DNA of 64,000 nucleotides from the NCBI GenBank assembly GCA_900088475.1, contig FLMG01001010.1, forward strand, positions 62,001 through 126,000. Direction: 5' to 3'. Made by a program: the position numbers and the translations under genes. The stretch comes from Hyphochytrium catenoides. Its lineage: Eukaryota > Protista > Hyphochytriomycota. This document shows, one piece after another, positions 12,501-26,200 of this stretch. The notes under the pieces were generated by a model. The model saw only the letters and a program-made list of their open reading frames with translations, had not been told where the DNA came from and made no database searches. How positions within the stretch are numbered: position 1 is the stretch's first letter; every line of letters begins with the position of its first letter.

Positions 12501-13986
12501 GGACTTTAACCCCCAAAGAGAGGGCGAGGACCATTTTTGAGGCTCTTAAGGCACGAGAAGACCACAACGTCATACGGAACAAGGTATAACAGTGTCCAGC
12601 GCCCGCATTTTGACTTCTTCTGCCTCCTAGAATCTGTTAAGACCTTCTCCTTCTGATTACTCTCCTTCTTCCAAGATCTTACTCGGCCTTCAAATACTAG
12701 GTGCAGTCTTTGGCTGAGGAGGATCTATCAGCGAAGACTGAGGACACCGGCAGTTCACAGGTTTGCCGCCCATACCTATTTCGTCTCACAACCCGTTCTT
12801 TTCATTTTGTCATATGGATGATCAACTCGGAACGCTCTTCTCACACTTCCACATTAAAAGCCTGTCTGCTTCTAGACGACTTGATCTAACAAATCTATGG
12901 TCTTATCTCTATTCTCTGGCTCCAACTGCCTCCGCCGGTCACGCTTTCATCGTGATCACAACTAACGCCCCTCCTTTACTTAAGCAGAAGGCGACAGAAG
13001 GAAGTCAGAAGTCACAGCGACATCGAGGCCAAGGTATGCTCAATCTGCTGGAACAATCTGTAACTCCAAGCGCCGCTCACTGTTGCTCCTTTCAACCTGC
13101 AGAAATCTTCCTTACGTTGCATGACAAAGAGACAGGAGAAACTCTTCTGCATCTTGCTGCCCGGAGAGGTTGGTCTTCGCTTTCAAGCTATTTGTTTCTC
13201 CGCCCTGAGAAGTCGTCATACTTTTTCTCTCGTTCTTTTAACTGCTCCTTATCTCTTAGGTTATGTCGATGTCTTACGAGTTGTGATGGATGGGGAGAGC
13301 AGCAAACGTGACGCCATAGACTCAACTCTTTCAAAGGCCTCACTCCTCCATGAGGCTGCGAGGTCCGGCGATGTCAATGTAGTCAAGCTTCTTCTGTCCT
13401 TAGGTAACGACTCTCGCTAGCTAGCTCGCGCACGGTTTAGTCACGGTTTATGTCATACCTAGTGTTCCTTTCCCCCGTACCTAACTTTGATTCATCTACT
13501 TTTGCTTGATGCTCATATGTGCTCTCTCTCTTCTCTCTCTCTCTTAGTATCGGAAAGTTGTTTCTGGTTGATTACTCCTTGCTATCGTTGGCGTTATGGC
13601 TCGGCTAAGGCCTTCTTGCGCTCTTCGAACTCCATTTGGATGCTTTCGCTTCCACGTTGTTCTCTCGCCAATTCCCCATCTAGTCGACTCACGCTTCTCT
13701 GTTTTTTCCTCACTATGGACCTCTCTCTTAACTGTCCTTGATCTGGTCTGCTTGTGAAGGTCACAAGACCACTCAAGAGGACTTTTTTGGGGACACCCCT
13801 CTGCATGTTGCGTGTCGATGCGGTCGAGCTAACATTATCAAAGTCTTAATAGCAGCCGATCCCTCTATCCTGAAACGGAGAAATAAGAGGGGAAAGCTGC
13901 CTCAGGACTTAGTGCAGCGACAGTCAACACGCGAGAGACTGCAGGCGTTGCAAAATCTTCGACAGCGACCCCTCAAGGCCCATTAG
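9584..13986 (+). CDS. Large acidic disordered/coiled-coil protein with C-terminal ankyrin repeats (about 8 exons)
   Basis: 2.3-kb first exon rich in E/K/G; spliced downstream exons give ETLLHLAARRGYVDVL, SLLHEAARSGDVNVVKLLLSLG, GDTPLHVACRCGRANIIKVLI and NKRGKLPQDL; TAG ends at 13986. Confidence 0.8.
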
Positions 13987-14269
13987 CTCCGTTATCCTCT
14001 CGATAAAAAGGGAAAGAGACTCAAGGTGGTGGTGGGTCTCTCTTTCAAATTTTGAGCCGACCAAGAGCTTCGCCACCCTAACTTGCTTCACCTTTATAAC
14101 CACTAAAGCACGAAGCTTTATTTCTTGGTCGTTCAACAAATAGAGCAGTGTCATCCATAAAATTTCTATCTTCCATGGCTCTTCCTAACCTTCGAGCTCG
14201 TCTTAGAACGAGTCTGATGCACAGACAGACCATAATCGCTTGAACTTCCAACATCAAATTAGTTTTAAA

Positions 14270-17200
14270 TTAGGAGACGATACTGACTAAATGATGGCAT
14301 CGGAGAGGGTCAAAGCTGTCTGAGCTAACAATGTTAGCAGAAAGTGGCAGAAGAATCTCTTGATCTTCTGCAATCACCTTAAGCATGCCGTTCACTGCCC
14401 CCTCACCTTCCGCCCTTAGTTCCACCTGCAGCGCGACAGAGATGCCTGACAGTCTGATTAGAGCGCAGAAGCAGGAGAAGACTAGCCCACAAATAAGCCC
14501 CAGTGAAAAAGCCACTGATTACATACCCGGCGCGACTGGTCCCATAGGGTGGGGCCGAACAATAAATGACGAGCTCTTCTCTCCAGACTTCTCACCACCT
14601 TCAACTATTGAGGCTCTAAAGCGGGAGGCACCATCACTGACATTTCGCACCTGTGAAGACAAGAGAATGGACTTAGAACGGGACGAAAGGTTCCAGAAAA
14701 AAGACCTTGAAACATTGAAGGACAGAAAGAGGCGCCAAACAAAGCAAGCAGCTTGTACGGGATCGCAAAAAGCAATATTGGATCAGCGCTATAGCGGAAC
14801 AATAGGGATGTAAGGAACAAGCGAACCTGAAACTCTATCTGATATTTGCAGCCAACTTCAACGTCCCCGAAGTCAATGGATGGAGGAGAAATCTCAAACC
14901 GATGGCAGCGATCGCCGCCAGCGCTCTAGGTATTGGCGAAGCAGAAGAGGTGAGCTCTATTGGGGCACCAAAGCGGTCCGTTTGTCCTTGATCTACACTG
15001 GCACCCCTGTTCCTCACACCCTCACTTTCTTGTGCGCTGTCATTCCCTCTTCCTGTTCTGTTGCTCTCAGCTGACTAAGCCTTCTTCATCCTAACTCTAT
15101 TACCTGGTTGGTCTCTCCTCTCGTCTTCGCCTTCATTCTGACTGGCTTCGTTCGAGGCTCCCCATACACGTCGGAGTCCGCCGGACGCTTGTAGGCAGTG
15201 GGCGAGGCCTATAGCAAACGGTTATGCTCCCTTAAGTGCCTCTAGTCTGATCTATACGCAATCCTTCTGTCCCTAACTCTAACTGAACCTTCACTCCATC
15301 GTCTGATGTGCTGCAGCTCTCCTTCTTCTTTCGTTCCGGGATTTCTCACCTGCCTACTGCGGTTAGGGGACAATCCCAAGGTCCTGTTAGGGCTTGCAAA
15401 TTCACTCTTCTTGGTGGTGTCTTCTCCCTTACTCGGCTTCCGGTGTTCTCCTCCCTTTATGTGACTATGTTCCTTCAAATAGTCGTCCTGCGATATTTCC
15501 TGAGGGATAGAAGGCTCCTCTTCATTCTTGAGTGGCCTTCCACTAGTGTTTATCTCCTTCAGATACTCCTCGGTGACAATCTGGGACGCAGCAGAGTTGA
15601 TAGGCACCGAATACTTCGAAACCCAATAGTTCTCTTTCACTAGATGTGGATCTTTTTCTTTCATTTTTCCTCCGTCTGACTCGCTCGCTGAAGGTATTGT
15701 TTCAGAAGCCTCCACTTCGTCTCTTTGCTTCAGCTCTTGCACGATGGCAAAGAAGTCCTGGAAGGAGATCTGCGCATGGTGGGGACCGGAATGTTAGAGC
15801 TTCCTAGAACGGATTGACATTCGACCAGTAGATGGAAATCTAAGAGGTATATAGTGCCATGTCGGGTCCATTGTGAATAGGCGTCCAAAGACTCAGGGTT
15901 AGATGCTACTTAAGGTATGAAGGAAAAGAAAAAGGTTTCCTACCGCATTGCATGTATGACTTACCTTATCGCCTTCTTCGATGCCTCTCTCCTCGTACAC
16001 TGCCAGAAGTTCTTTCCTAGGAACACCCCGGAGCAGTACTTGGACTGCAGCCGCACGGGCTGGGGAACGGAGACATTGAAGGGAGGGAGGTTAGAGAAAA
16101 ACAGAGAAAGGCAGATATTTGTATGGAGCAAGAACGAGGCAGAAGATATATCAAAGAAGCGCAATGAAGATATATCAAAGAAGCGCACAAAGCCCTAGAC
16201 TAACCTTCCTCGAAGGTCAAGTTTTCCCTCTTTCGCTCCTCCACCCCTAAGAAGGCGTCCATCGCCTCCACATGCAACGGATCAACCGGTTCTTGGTCGT
16301 CGTCTTCCAGTTCCACCTCTGCGAGCACAATCGTTAGCAATATCTCTCGTTTACCTTACGAGTTGAAGCCTGTGCTACTACATCCCCTATGCTGTGCATT
16401 CCCTTCTGTTAATTGGTCCGTCGGCCTTGTGTACTGAGAATCAGACAATCTAATCCCCTACATTTTCCCGCTTTGCCCTCTAGATGTTCACAGCTCTATT
16501 CCCTTCTGCTCCTCCTGGCTAAGACCTACCGAACTCATCTTCTTGCTCAGCATCTTCCTCCTCTTCTTTGACAGTCTGGGACGGTGATGGGAATGTAGAG
16601 CGAGAAAAGCTTAGGCGATGCTATCTAAGGGGTAATCGGACTACAGAAAAGGCCACAGCTACTTGGATGAGGGTCAGTACGGCTACTTCTCAGACACACA
16701 TACCTGCAGCGGTGCGGCAGTTTCCTGCGCTTGCTGCTTCTTGGTCCTTTCTGCCATCTTTCTTGCTTTCAGGGCCTTGTATGCCTTAATGATCTGCCGT
16801 TGGAGCACCTTTTCTTTCTCTTGGTCTTCCTCTGGTCGAGGGTCAAAGAAAGCGAAGTCTTTCATAGTTTTCAGTGCGGCCTGCGAAAAAGAAGCGGGGT
16901 GGTCAGTGTACCTTGACCATAAAACAGTTAGGGTTGATCATCTGATGTAGAAAATGACTCATTAGAACGCCATTCCAATACTGACCGTTCTCCACGCCTC
17001 GTAGTTGGAAAGGGCCTCAGAAACTCTTTCCATCACTCCGGGAGTAACAGGACCGCACCCTGCGATAGCAAGTGTATTGTAGAGGGTAGCGACAACGTTA
17101 GCAAGCGAAGTTGCCCTCAGTCTATGCGTATAACTCTATCGGACCTTCAAATGCGGCAGAATATCTTGCTTGTTCAGCGTTTCTACTACTTTCTACCTCC

Positions 17201-20200
17201 TTAGGCCTTCCTCCACTGATGCAACTCCTATACTCCCACCGCCGATCAAAGCTCTTGTGCCCTTACTTACTACTACATTGGTCCTTTCATTACTTACCTA
17301 CAAGTACTCTATGCAGGAAGTACCCTCCTATACTACTGCTTACGGCAGTGAGTCCTGAGTTGGACTGCTGCCGATACCGAATGAAGCTTGACGGCGTGGG
17401 CACTGAATGAGAGGAGCTACCGGGTCAGACTATGAACAATCAGCAACTAGATTTCAGAGGTTTTCAGTGGTTCTAAAGAACAGCGACACAACGGGCAGGT
17501 CATAGGGTGTAGTATCTTGACGCAAAGAGCGAAAAGGGAAAGACGCAGTAGCGGTGCCGTAGGACAAGGGCCGTTCTCTGGAGACCAAACACTCTCCGGC
17601 TGATGCAACTCACAGCGTTCTTTCAGTGGATCTCTGCACCACTTCCGTTGAGCCGTCAGAACATTTACTTTTCGTGGGAGAAGCTCTTCCTTTTCACTTT
17701 CTCTCCCTAGCTCCTGATCTCCTTTGTCACATGGCTTGGTCTCGTCCCTTCTTTCTGTGCTAATGCCGGGGGACACCACGGACTCCATCGCAGTGAGACT
17801 GAATTCAAAAGCAGACGGATTCCTGTTTTTGAGATGAGCATGTGAGACACAGCGGAGATACTTGTATAAAAAGTTCCCTATTCCATTCTCTCTTTGACTC
17901 CTCATTCGTGTGTTCTTCGTTCGCTAGATCTATCCTTTCTTCTAAACCTTCATCTGTTAGCTCCTTCAGCCCTCAGAGATGATATTTGACTCACCTGTTC
18001 TCTCTCAGCTTCTGCTCATCCTCTTCTGAAAGAACCTCCCAGCCGCTCCCGTCCTCCTGCACGATAAAGGCTCGAGGTCTTAGAGGACTCTCCACAACGG
18101 CTTGCAAGCGTCTTTCATCAGCCCCCGGCTTAGGGAGCTTTAGCTCGCCTAGAATGGACAAGGGCAACCAACAACACGACAGTGACGTTACAGAGACTCC
18201 GAAAATAGAGGCCTATATAGAGCCAGTGTACAAAGGCAAGGACGTGGCTTGATGTTCTATCCTATGGATACATATTCTTGAGTAGTTGGGCTATTAAAGG
18301 CAATAGAGATGCAGCTCGCACACCCAACAAGTGACACTGGTGAGCACTAGCTCTCAGTCTAGACGCAAGTAAAGAGATAATAGAGAATATAAATAGAAGT
18401 TATGCGAAGGCGGAAGAGGGAGGGTAGAGATCTAGACCACTCAAACTATGGTTGGGTTCGAATAGACGAAGGGGACGAAGAGACCTACCAGCAAGGTCCA
18501 CTGTTACTTTGGGATGAGAACCATTGAGTAATTGCACGTCAAATGAATTTTGCTCTCGATCCACCATATGCAGCCGTCCTCGGACTAAATCAAACTTGTA
18601 AGGTAGCTCCGGCTGCATACAACCGACATTGAACACATAGGCGGAGCTGAGAAGAGAAAGCAATGGAGAACAAGGCAGTGTGGCAGAGACTCGTGACAAA
18701 GAATAACGGATAAGACAATACCAAATGAGGTGTGAGACTGAAATTTGAGACCAGCAGTAGAGGACAAGAACGTGAGCAGTCATCTGTCCTGCTTTCCTAC
18801 CTCTGCACGTTGTTCAAGAGCTTCTGCCTGATCTTCCCTCTCGGTAAGAAGAGAGAAGGAGGTCTCAATAGTCCCATCATCTAGGGCCCTAATGAATTCA
18901 CCGCTTTGCTTCGAAACTTCCACTGTTGAGTTTATCGTCGCCACCACCCGAGAGTCATAATAGACCTTGTGAAGCAGATGTAGATTTGGAGGTTTGTCCT
19001 GAGCTTGTGACTGGCAACACTCAGAAGGGTACCAAAAAATAGATCAAGTCTCTAGGAGGAAGGTTAACCCCAACTTCTGACGGTCGCATCGTCTATACTG
19101 TCTTTGAATGGCGGCGGTATCGGGGAAGAAAGACGAGATGCATGGGCCAAAGTTCCTCAGAAACTGCTAAAAATGCCATGTCTTACCTCCACTTCGGTTC
19201 CGTCAGGATAATATGTCTTACTCCGTCTTCTCCTTCCTGCTCTTGTGAGGGCTACTCTTCCTCCTCTGACATGTGTGCTGGCGGCCTCCTCGACCGCTGG
19301 ATCAATCGTAACTGAGGGCAGGCCGCTAGAAAGTGCAGAACATGTGAAGTAAGTGAGCATGAAGATGAAATGAACAGGCTGAGGAGAACTCTCAATCTTT
19401 TGCCATGAGCGCCGGCAATGGTTTCTCGCTCTACGTGGTTTCTCTCTTTGCGTTTCGCGCTAGTAATCTCCCGTTCTCGTCAAGTCTTTCTTACCCTGGC
19501 GAAATGATGGTCATAGAGTCTCCTCTAGCAGATGAAGAGATGACTGTACCATCTCGGTGATAGGTTATTCTTTCGCCCGCACTAGACTTGAAAACGAAAA
19601 CACCATCGGACCTGTGGAGCGCGTAAGCGGCGAGTACATGTGCCCTAAACCTGCAGCCGACCAAGATGGAAAAAAAGACGAAGAAGGAACCCAGAAACAA
19701 AAGACAGGCAGAATGTATCACTGCGGAGATAATGGCTTTGCGGACAGAGACCCCATAGCAATTAGTTGTTTGTCTCACCGGAGATATACTTCGCCATCCA
19801 TCTCAGCGTCCACCTTCCTTTCCACTGTTAAGCTATCAATAGCTTGTCCTCTATATTAACGGGAAGACAAAGTCATATTCAGGCAAGAAAGAGTGTATAA
19901 AAGGAGGTTGGGTGTTGTGCAGGCATAGGTTGAAGGCGGTATCATCAGCAGCACTCAGGAACTTTATCTTACCCCTGGAGGACCGTGCCATCCGCCTTCG
20001 TCATGGTCCACTCTTCCGAAGCTCTGTCCTTCCGCGTTGCCACTCGACCATCAGCGAAAAGAAGCTGCTGGGAGCGGTCGGAGAAGGTGACAATCACAGT
20101 GCCTACAGTCAAGTGCTCCCTTAGCCAGACGACATAACAGGGTAGCAAAGAGATGAGACAGCGCAGAGATCCAAACTAGGAAGCTATCTCTGCATAAATG

Positions 20201-23200
20201 TTAAAGGACGACGAGCTAAGCTTAGCACAGGAGTACTTCTGAGGTACGAGAAGTGGGAGGAGATGTAAGGGACTAGGAAGAGAAAGGAAGAGGAGAACGC
20301 CTTCTGCGGCATTAAGGTACCTCTTCCAACTATTTTTCTCTGTGTCTCAGTCTTCAAGGCATCGACCCCTGCTTTTGTCACTGTGCGAGGCTCTTCTGTT
20401 CTCGTACCAGAGAAAGCCATTGTGATTGATCCGGTAGAGCTGTGGGTAGTCATCAGCCCTGAGGGAAGAGTCATATGCACCTGGAACTTGCGCCGGCAGC
20501 ACGTGGCGGGGGATGATACAGACCGAGAAGCGGCGATGGCGGCCGTAATCTACGAATCAAAAGTCAAAGAAAAAGGAAGAGGGGAGAGTTACGACAAATT
20601 GTGTTGAGACAAATGACTGGATGACCCCCGAACAAAGGCAGAGACAGGAGGCGAGGAGAGTTGAGATGAACAGTGCTCGTCAGCAAGACTAGATCGGGAG
20701 TATTTGTTCAGAAAAAAGGGTCAAAGAACCGCACACCTTCTCTCTCTTCCCTGCTTTTGGCTGGACACTGAATTCTTTGCCACCAGTAACGGATAGGAAA
20801 CTTAGATCTTCAAATGACGCAAAGAAAATGGAGGAGAAGCTAGGGCTCTTCGTGAGGGACAGTGAGGCAACGGAGCCTTTCTCCTCCCCTTGGGTTTGAC
20901 CCCCATCTTCTCGTTGTTCCTGACTAATATATCTATTCGTCTCCGGGCCAAAGCCATTAGGCAACGAGGAAGGAGTTTCAGCCTGGGCTTTGTCGTTTCC
21001 GATCACTGACGGTTGTCCACTATGTATATCTGGAAACATCGGTTGGGGTTAGTCAGGCAAAACGATGACTAGGGAATAAAATGGCACTATCTCTCTTTCC
21101 GAACTTACTTGTTGTTCCGGTCTCTACTCTTGAAGGCCCACTAATGCTGTCCTCCTTATTTCCAAAAATAGGTCGAAGCCCAAAGCAGCTCCTGGTAGTA
21201 GAATGATGAAGGGGAAGACAGGATCAACAGGAAGAGGGAAGACTCGTCGTCAGAATAGCAAAAGAGAGTAAACAGAGACCTCTGGAAGACGGACGGGACG
21301 ACGACGATTGCTGCTTGATGTGGCCGCAATGTGGGGATAGAGTTTGAGCGGAGACAAAACAGAAGAGGAGAATGCTCGTGATGAAGCGGCCTTACCTCCC
21401 TCTTCTGGTGTTGACCCAAGAAACCAAACCTTCACCCGAACTCATGACCTCAATTATATCTGTCAACCCCGGATTTTTATGTGAGAGAAAGCCACGAGTC
21501 ACGGAACCCAACAAGGCAAGGATCCGCAAGCAAATGGACTCGAACGGTTAGCAGCAAGCCAGGGCTCAATAACCCTAGGAGGGCAGAGAAAGAGAGAGGG
21601 AATGAAGAAGAATCAAAATTGAGCCGTGAATTATAGAGTGACCTTTATCTGCGGGATAAAGAAGCGTGGAACGAAACTTGAACCGCGCGTTCCAATCTTC
21701 AGGAATGTCAGTGAAGGCGCCAGCGGGTCCAGCCCTAAGACGTCCAGCAGGAATAGACCACGTCCTTATGTCTTGCTTGGTCCTTAATCACATTAATTCG
21801 AGGGTGAAAGAGATCGATAGATTAGTCAGAGGGAGTATAAAGGGTAGGACGGGAAGGAAGGGTGGGGATGCATGGCGGATTGGCTCCTGCGAGCCGTACT
21901 CACGTGATAAGTTTAGCAACACTCCACGCTGTCTCCCTCTTCCTACTTTGTGGCGTTGGATGATGCAACAGAAGGGCGAAGCTGTTGTCTTTTTCTTGGT
22001 AGCAGACTCTAGAACAAGGCAATGACAACTGAGCGTCTTGGACCACCTGAGAAGACAAGCGCCACGTAAGGAGAAAGATTGGCGTTCAGAGCAACAGACA
22101 GAATTGGCTAGGCGCCCTAGCTAGAGGTCATCTAGGGGTGCCAAGGGTCGAATGCCGTAGTTGCGAGAAAGGCTTGATGGGTCAGAAGAAAATGGATTAC
22201 CGCTGAGGTAGTAAGAGGCTCATGAGATACAGCCTAGTGGCTCGCACTAGGTCATCTCCAGAAACTAGTTGAACAAAAAGAAGTGAAGATGAATGTACTT
22301 GGTTGAGATGAATGTACTTGGTTATCTAAAGGGAAAGAAGAAATCTGGAAGAAAGGAGGGTCGTGATATCATAGGAGCCGATAAGGGAGAGCAGAGGTCA
22401 ACCTGTCTGAGTGCTCTTGCATTTAGGCGTTCCATTGTCTTCCTTGCAAGTATCTCGCCTCTCCATTTTGGTCCTCGAGGATCCGATGCCACGAGCGCAT
22501 CTTCCAGGGCCGTCAAATGCTCATAGTAGAGCAAGTCCGCATAGGGGAATCTGGGGTAAGGAGTTGGGTCCGCAACAGGAAGCAGGATCGTCGTAAAGAA
22601 GAGAGAGTATATAAGCGACACAAGGGCTCTTATATACCGGGATAAGTTAAGCCACTAACCTCAGGAAATGCAAGAGCTGCGTTTTCAGAACTCCTCGCTC
22701 TTCAACAGATAGGACCTTATCGCTAGTATCCGCTCCAAAGTCCTCCGGCCGGAGAGGAGGGGAAGAGCAAACTCGCCACATTTCTCTTTCTGCCCTTGCC
22801 AACTCTTCTTCGACGCCAGCGATTCCCTTTTCTCCGTCATTGCCCCTAGCATCCGAGGAGCGGAAAAGCGACGGATGCCACTAGTTAAGGAGCCGGCCTT
22901 TTGCGAAGGTAGACGGAGAGGGAACAGGCCCGACGAGCTCCAATAGCAAACACACACCTTTGCTGTCCCCTCTGTCTACATTGGAGCATGGACTCCGCAA
23001 CTTGAATGCCAGCAAGATCTCCGTGTTCAAGGTGCAGAACCTCGGAGGATGGCATTGGACCGGTCGGCGCATCTGTAGGCGGTGAGTCAGAGGGAGCCAA
23101 AACGATATCGAGCAGAGGTGGAAGACTGTGTAGAGAAAATTCAAGAGGGCTTGAATAGGTAGCTCTGCCAATGGGACGGAGAAGGGCCCGACCAAGCAAT

Positions 23201-26200
23201 TGATTGGTAGTTCGACCTCACAAAGGCCAAGAGACATGGAAGAGCTATCAATTATTATCAACTGACATTCTTCGCCCGCTATGACTCGAAGAATCGCGTA
23301 GAGTACCCCTGCACAGCCCACAGCATACTGGCAGCACCTGGCTCGCTCTTGATCTGTCTGTCCTCTTCCTCCTCCTTTTGGGTCGTCCCTGACTGATGGG
23401 CTTATCCGCCCCTCGAGGACCTCCTTATATTGCCTCCATAAGTCTGCTAAAGGAAGAATAAGATGTAGAACATCCAAGGCGACCGATGGAAGTAGTTGTC
23501 AAGGGACGTGCTCTGCAAGAGAAAAGATAGTTCTGGCGGGAGTCGCAGTTGTGACGTTGATGAAAAGAAACGAAAAGATTGCTAGATTGAGAAGAACTAT
23601 CTATGGTCATAGTAAACTGAAAGACTGAGCCAGAGACCAATCAGGGCAGGATACCGCAAGAGTTGCACTAGATAAGAGCCAAGAGTTGGGTCACTCTATC
23701 AGAGGTATACCTTGGCAGACGAGGTCCAAAGATTCTGGTGTCGATTCAGCACCATGCAAGCCGACCTGCGCCATTAATAAGGCAAGGGACACCAGAGAGA
23801 GAGAATGAGGAGACCCGCTCAATTTGAATCTTTAGTTTAACGACCGAAAGAGAGAAGTCCTCTTGCCGGGACGGACGAAGGACAAATCCTTAGAAGAGAC
23901 CATCTACAAATGTTGCTCACCTTGGTAGCTTGTAAAGCTGAAGTGTCGCCTGGTGTTTCCTTCAGTTCTTCGTCAGGTCCTATGTCTCCTTCGGTAGGAG
24001 AGGACTCATTCGCTATTTCCTTTCCAATGCCGTCATCCTCTCGAAACCCAGCTTCAGACTCAGCTGCAGATTTTTCCTTATCTGGCGTTATGGAGAGCTG
24101 CCTCTGAGAAGCGAGAATCAAAAGTCAGTAGCCTGCTTGATGTCAAGGCGTCTTCCTTAATTTTCTCAACGTTGGCCTTCTGTTATTCTAGAGCACCCAC
24201 TCTACCTCTCTCTGCACTTACACCATCTCTCCTCTTTTCTCCTCCCGAAAATGGTTCCTTCTACTGACGACAGGAACAACTCGTGGGTGACTTTGAACGA
24301 AATACTTACGACAGGTATGTTCATTGGCCTTAAGTTGTCTATCCATTGCCTCCACAAAATCTTCTTTCTGGAGAGAGAAGTAGCGAGGGTGAACAGCTCT
24401 CTTAGCAGCTTGTCTTCTCCTTTTATCGCCGTTGACAGTCCGCCATAGATTGGTTGCGTAACAGCCACCTCCGAGACCTACAAACGAAGAGAGGGCGACG
24501 CAGGATGGACAGTTGGAAAAGGAGATCAAGACTTCAAACGCATCTAACCATCGTTCACATGTGACAAAATGGACAGTCAGAGTGGACCATGGAATTGCAC
24601 AAGCGAAGGAAAGATGGAACATAGGGAGATTGCGACTCGACCCTATCGTACCTGCAGCGACTCATAAGCCATGTTGTCTCCCTGCTGGAGCCGAAAGAGG
24701 TTGATAGGATTGGCAACTGAGACGTTATCTAGGGGAATGCTTAAATGCTTGGGGCTCTCCTGGGGATAGCTCGTCTCTTCTGGAGGTAGCGGAGAGCTGA
24801 CACCCGATGTCTCTGCGAGCGAAAGAAGAATGAGAGGCGCTGCACTTTGTCTTTCCTCTCTCTAATCGGCCACCCTCCGTCTTCGCTTGCCTACTTCCTG
24901 CTCTTTATCAGGCATCTCTGACCTGCTTCTGTCCAGCTCCCCGTCCCTATTTCCCTATTTGAGGCACCTCCACCTCTCCGCGACAGAGAGTAAGGCGCCA
25001 GACTACTCGTGGACTTACCCCCAACGCCGTATTGGTCCTCACCATTCACCGCTTCTGCTGCCGGTCTAATCTGCTCGCTGGGAACTTTAATTGTAGATGT
25101 AGGACTCTTAGCTCTACGGCTGCCTTCCTTGCTAACTTCAGGCGTGGAAACGTCGCGACCGTCCGGCACTGCGGCAAGATGTCAGAACTGGTGTCATAGC
25201 GCCTTCTTCTGGATTCAATGCCTCGGCATTGTGACCAAATCCTCATGGACTGCCGTCCCTATTCCTCATCTCCCTTCAACAAAGTCTCTATCTCGAGCTG
25301 CTCGCTCTATTCTTTTCGAATGTTCTATCGTTCTTTCCGGTGGAGAGTACTTTCCCATTTATTTCTGTAGGTGCCATTTCTGCCGTGCTAGGTCAACCCT
25401 CCCTTTATGAGGATTCTTCCTCCCCGAACATCTCTTCGGCACCTTTCGTTGAGCCCGATGGGTCATGAAGTCTAAGCACGGCATCCAGCAGCTCCTGTCC
25501 TGCGGTCATAAGTGCCTTGACTTCCCTCCGGACCGTCGGGAGGTCGTGGAGAATGATGATCGCAAGAGACTTCTCCGATGACTTAGGATGCTGCGGCCGA
25601 AAGAGAGAGAGAGAGAAAGGATAAAAAGGAATGAGTCGACGGAGAAGGTGGGAAAGAACGAGAGTGCAATGAGAGAAAGGATAAAAAGGAATGAGTCGAC
25701 GGAGAAGGTGGGAAAGAACGAGAGTGCAATGTGCAGAGTGAGTTTAAAGTAAGCGAGACTATCACCGCTAGTAACTTCAAGATAGTGTCAAGATGGCAGA
25801 GTTGGCAGAAGGTAACCGAGCCGCGAAGGTAAATGAAGAGAGTGTAAGAAGACGGCACTGCCAACGTTTAAGAAGGTTACAACGTCTAGAGAGTAGAAGG
25901 ACCTCTCTTATCGTCTCTAGCGATCTGTCCAGCCTCAAAGTCCTCCCATTCTCCTTGCATTCTTCTTCTGCTTTCCGGACCAATGTACGCAGAGCATCTG
26001 CCAAGTCATCCAAGCTCACCTCCTGTGGGAGTGATGAGTCCATACTCTCAGTGCGGGCCCCAAGGCTCTACTCTGCTTCGTGCGTCTACCCTTCTCTCAT
26101 TCTCTCCTATTGCCATTTGCTTGCCTGCTCTGCTTCTCCCCTAAAGGAGCTGGAAGATGAAGATAAAATGATGTTCTCTCTGGTAGATGGCCTTGCGGAC

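Noticed and set aside
25170-26124. In-frame TAG/TAA/TGA codons in protein-like text of SPAG17, suggesting stop-codon reassignment (TAG=Gln) or a pseudogene
   Set aside because: These stops fall inside plausible introns (GC-AG 26124-26023; GT-AG about 25442-25170) whose removal restores the frame. NARFL ends in its conserved terminal Trp followed by TAG, so TAG is a stop.
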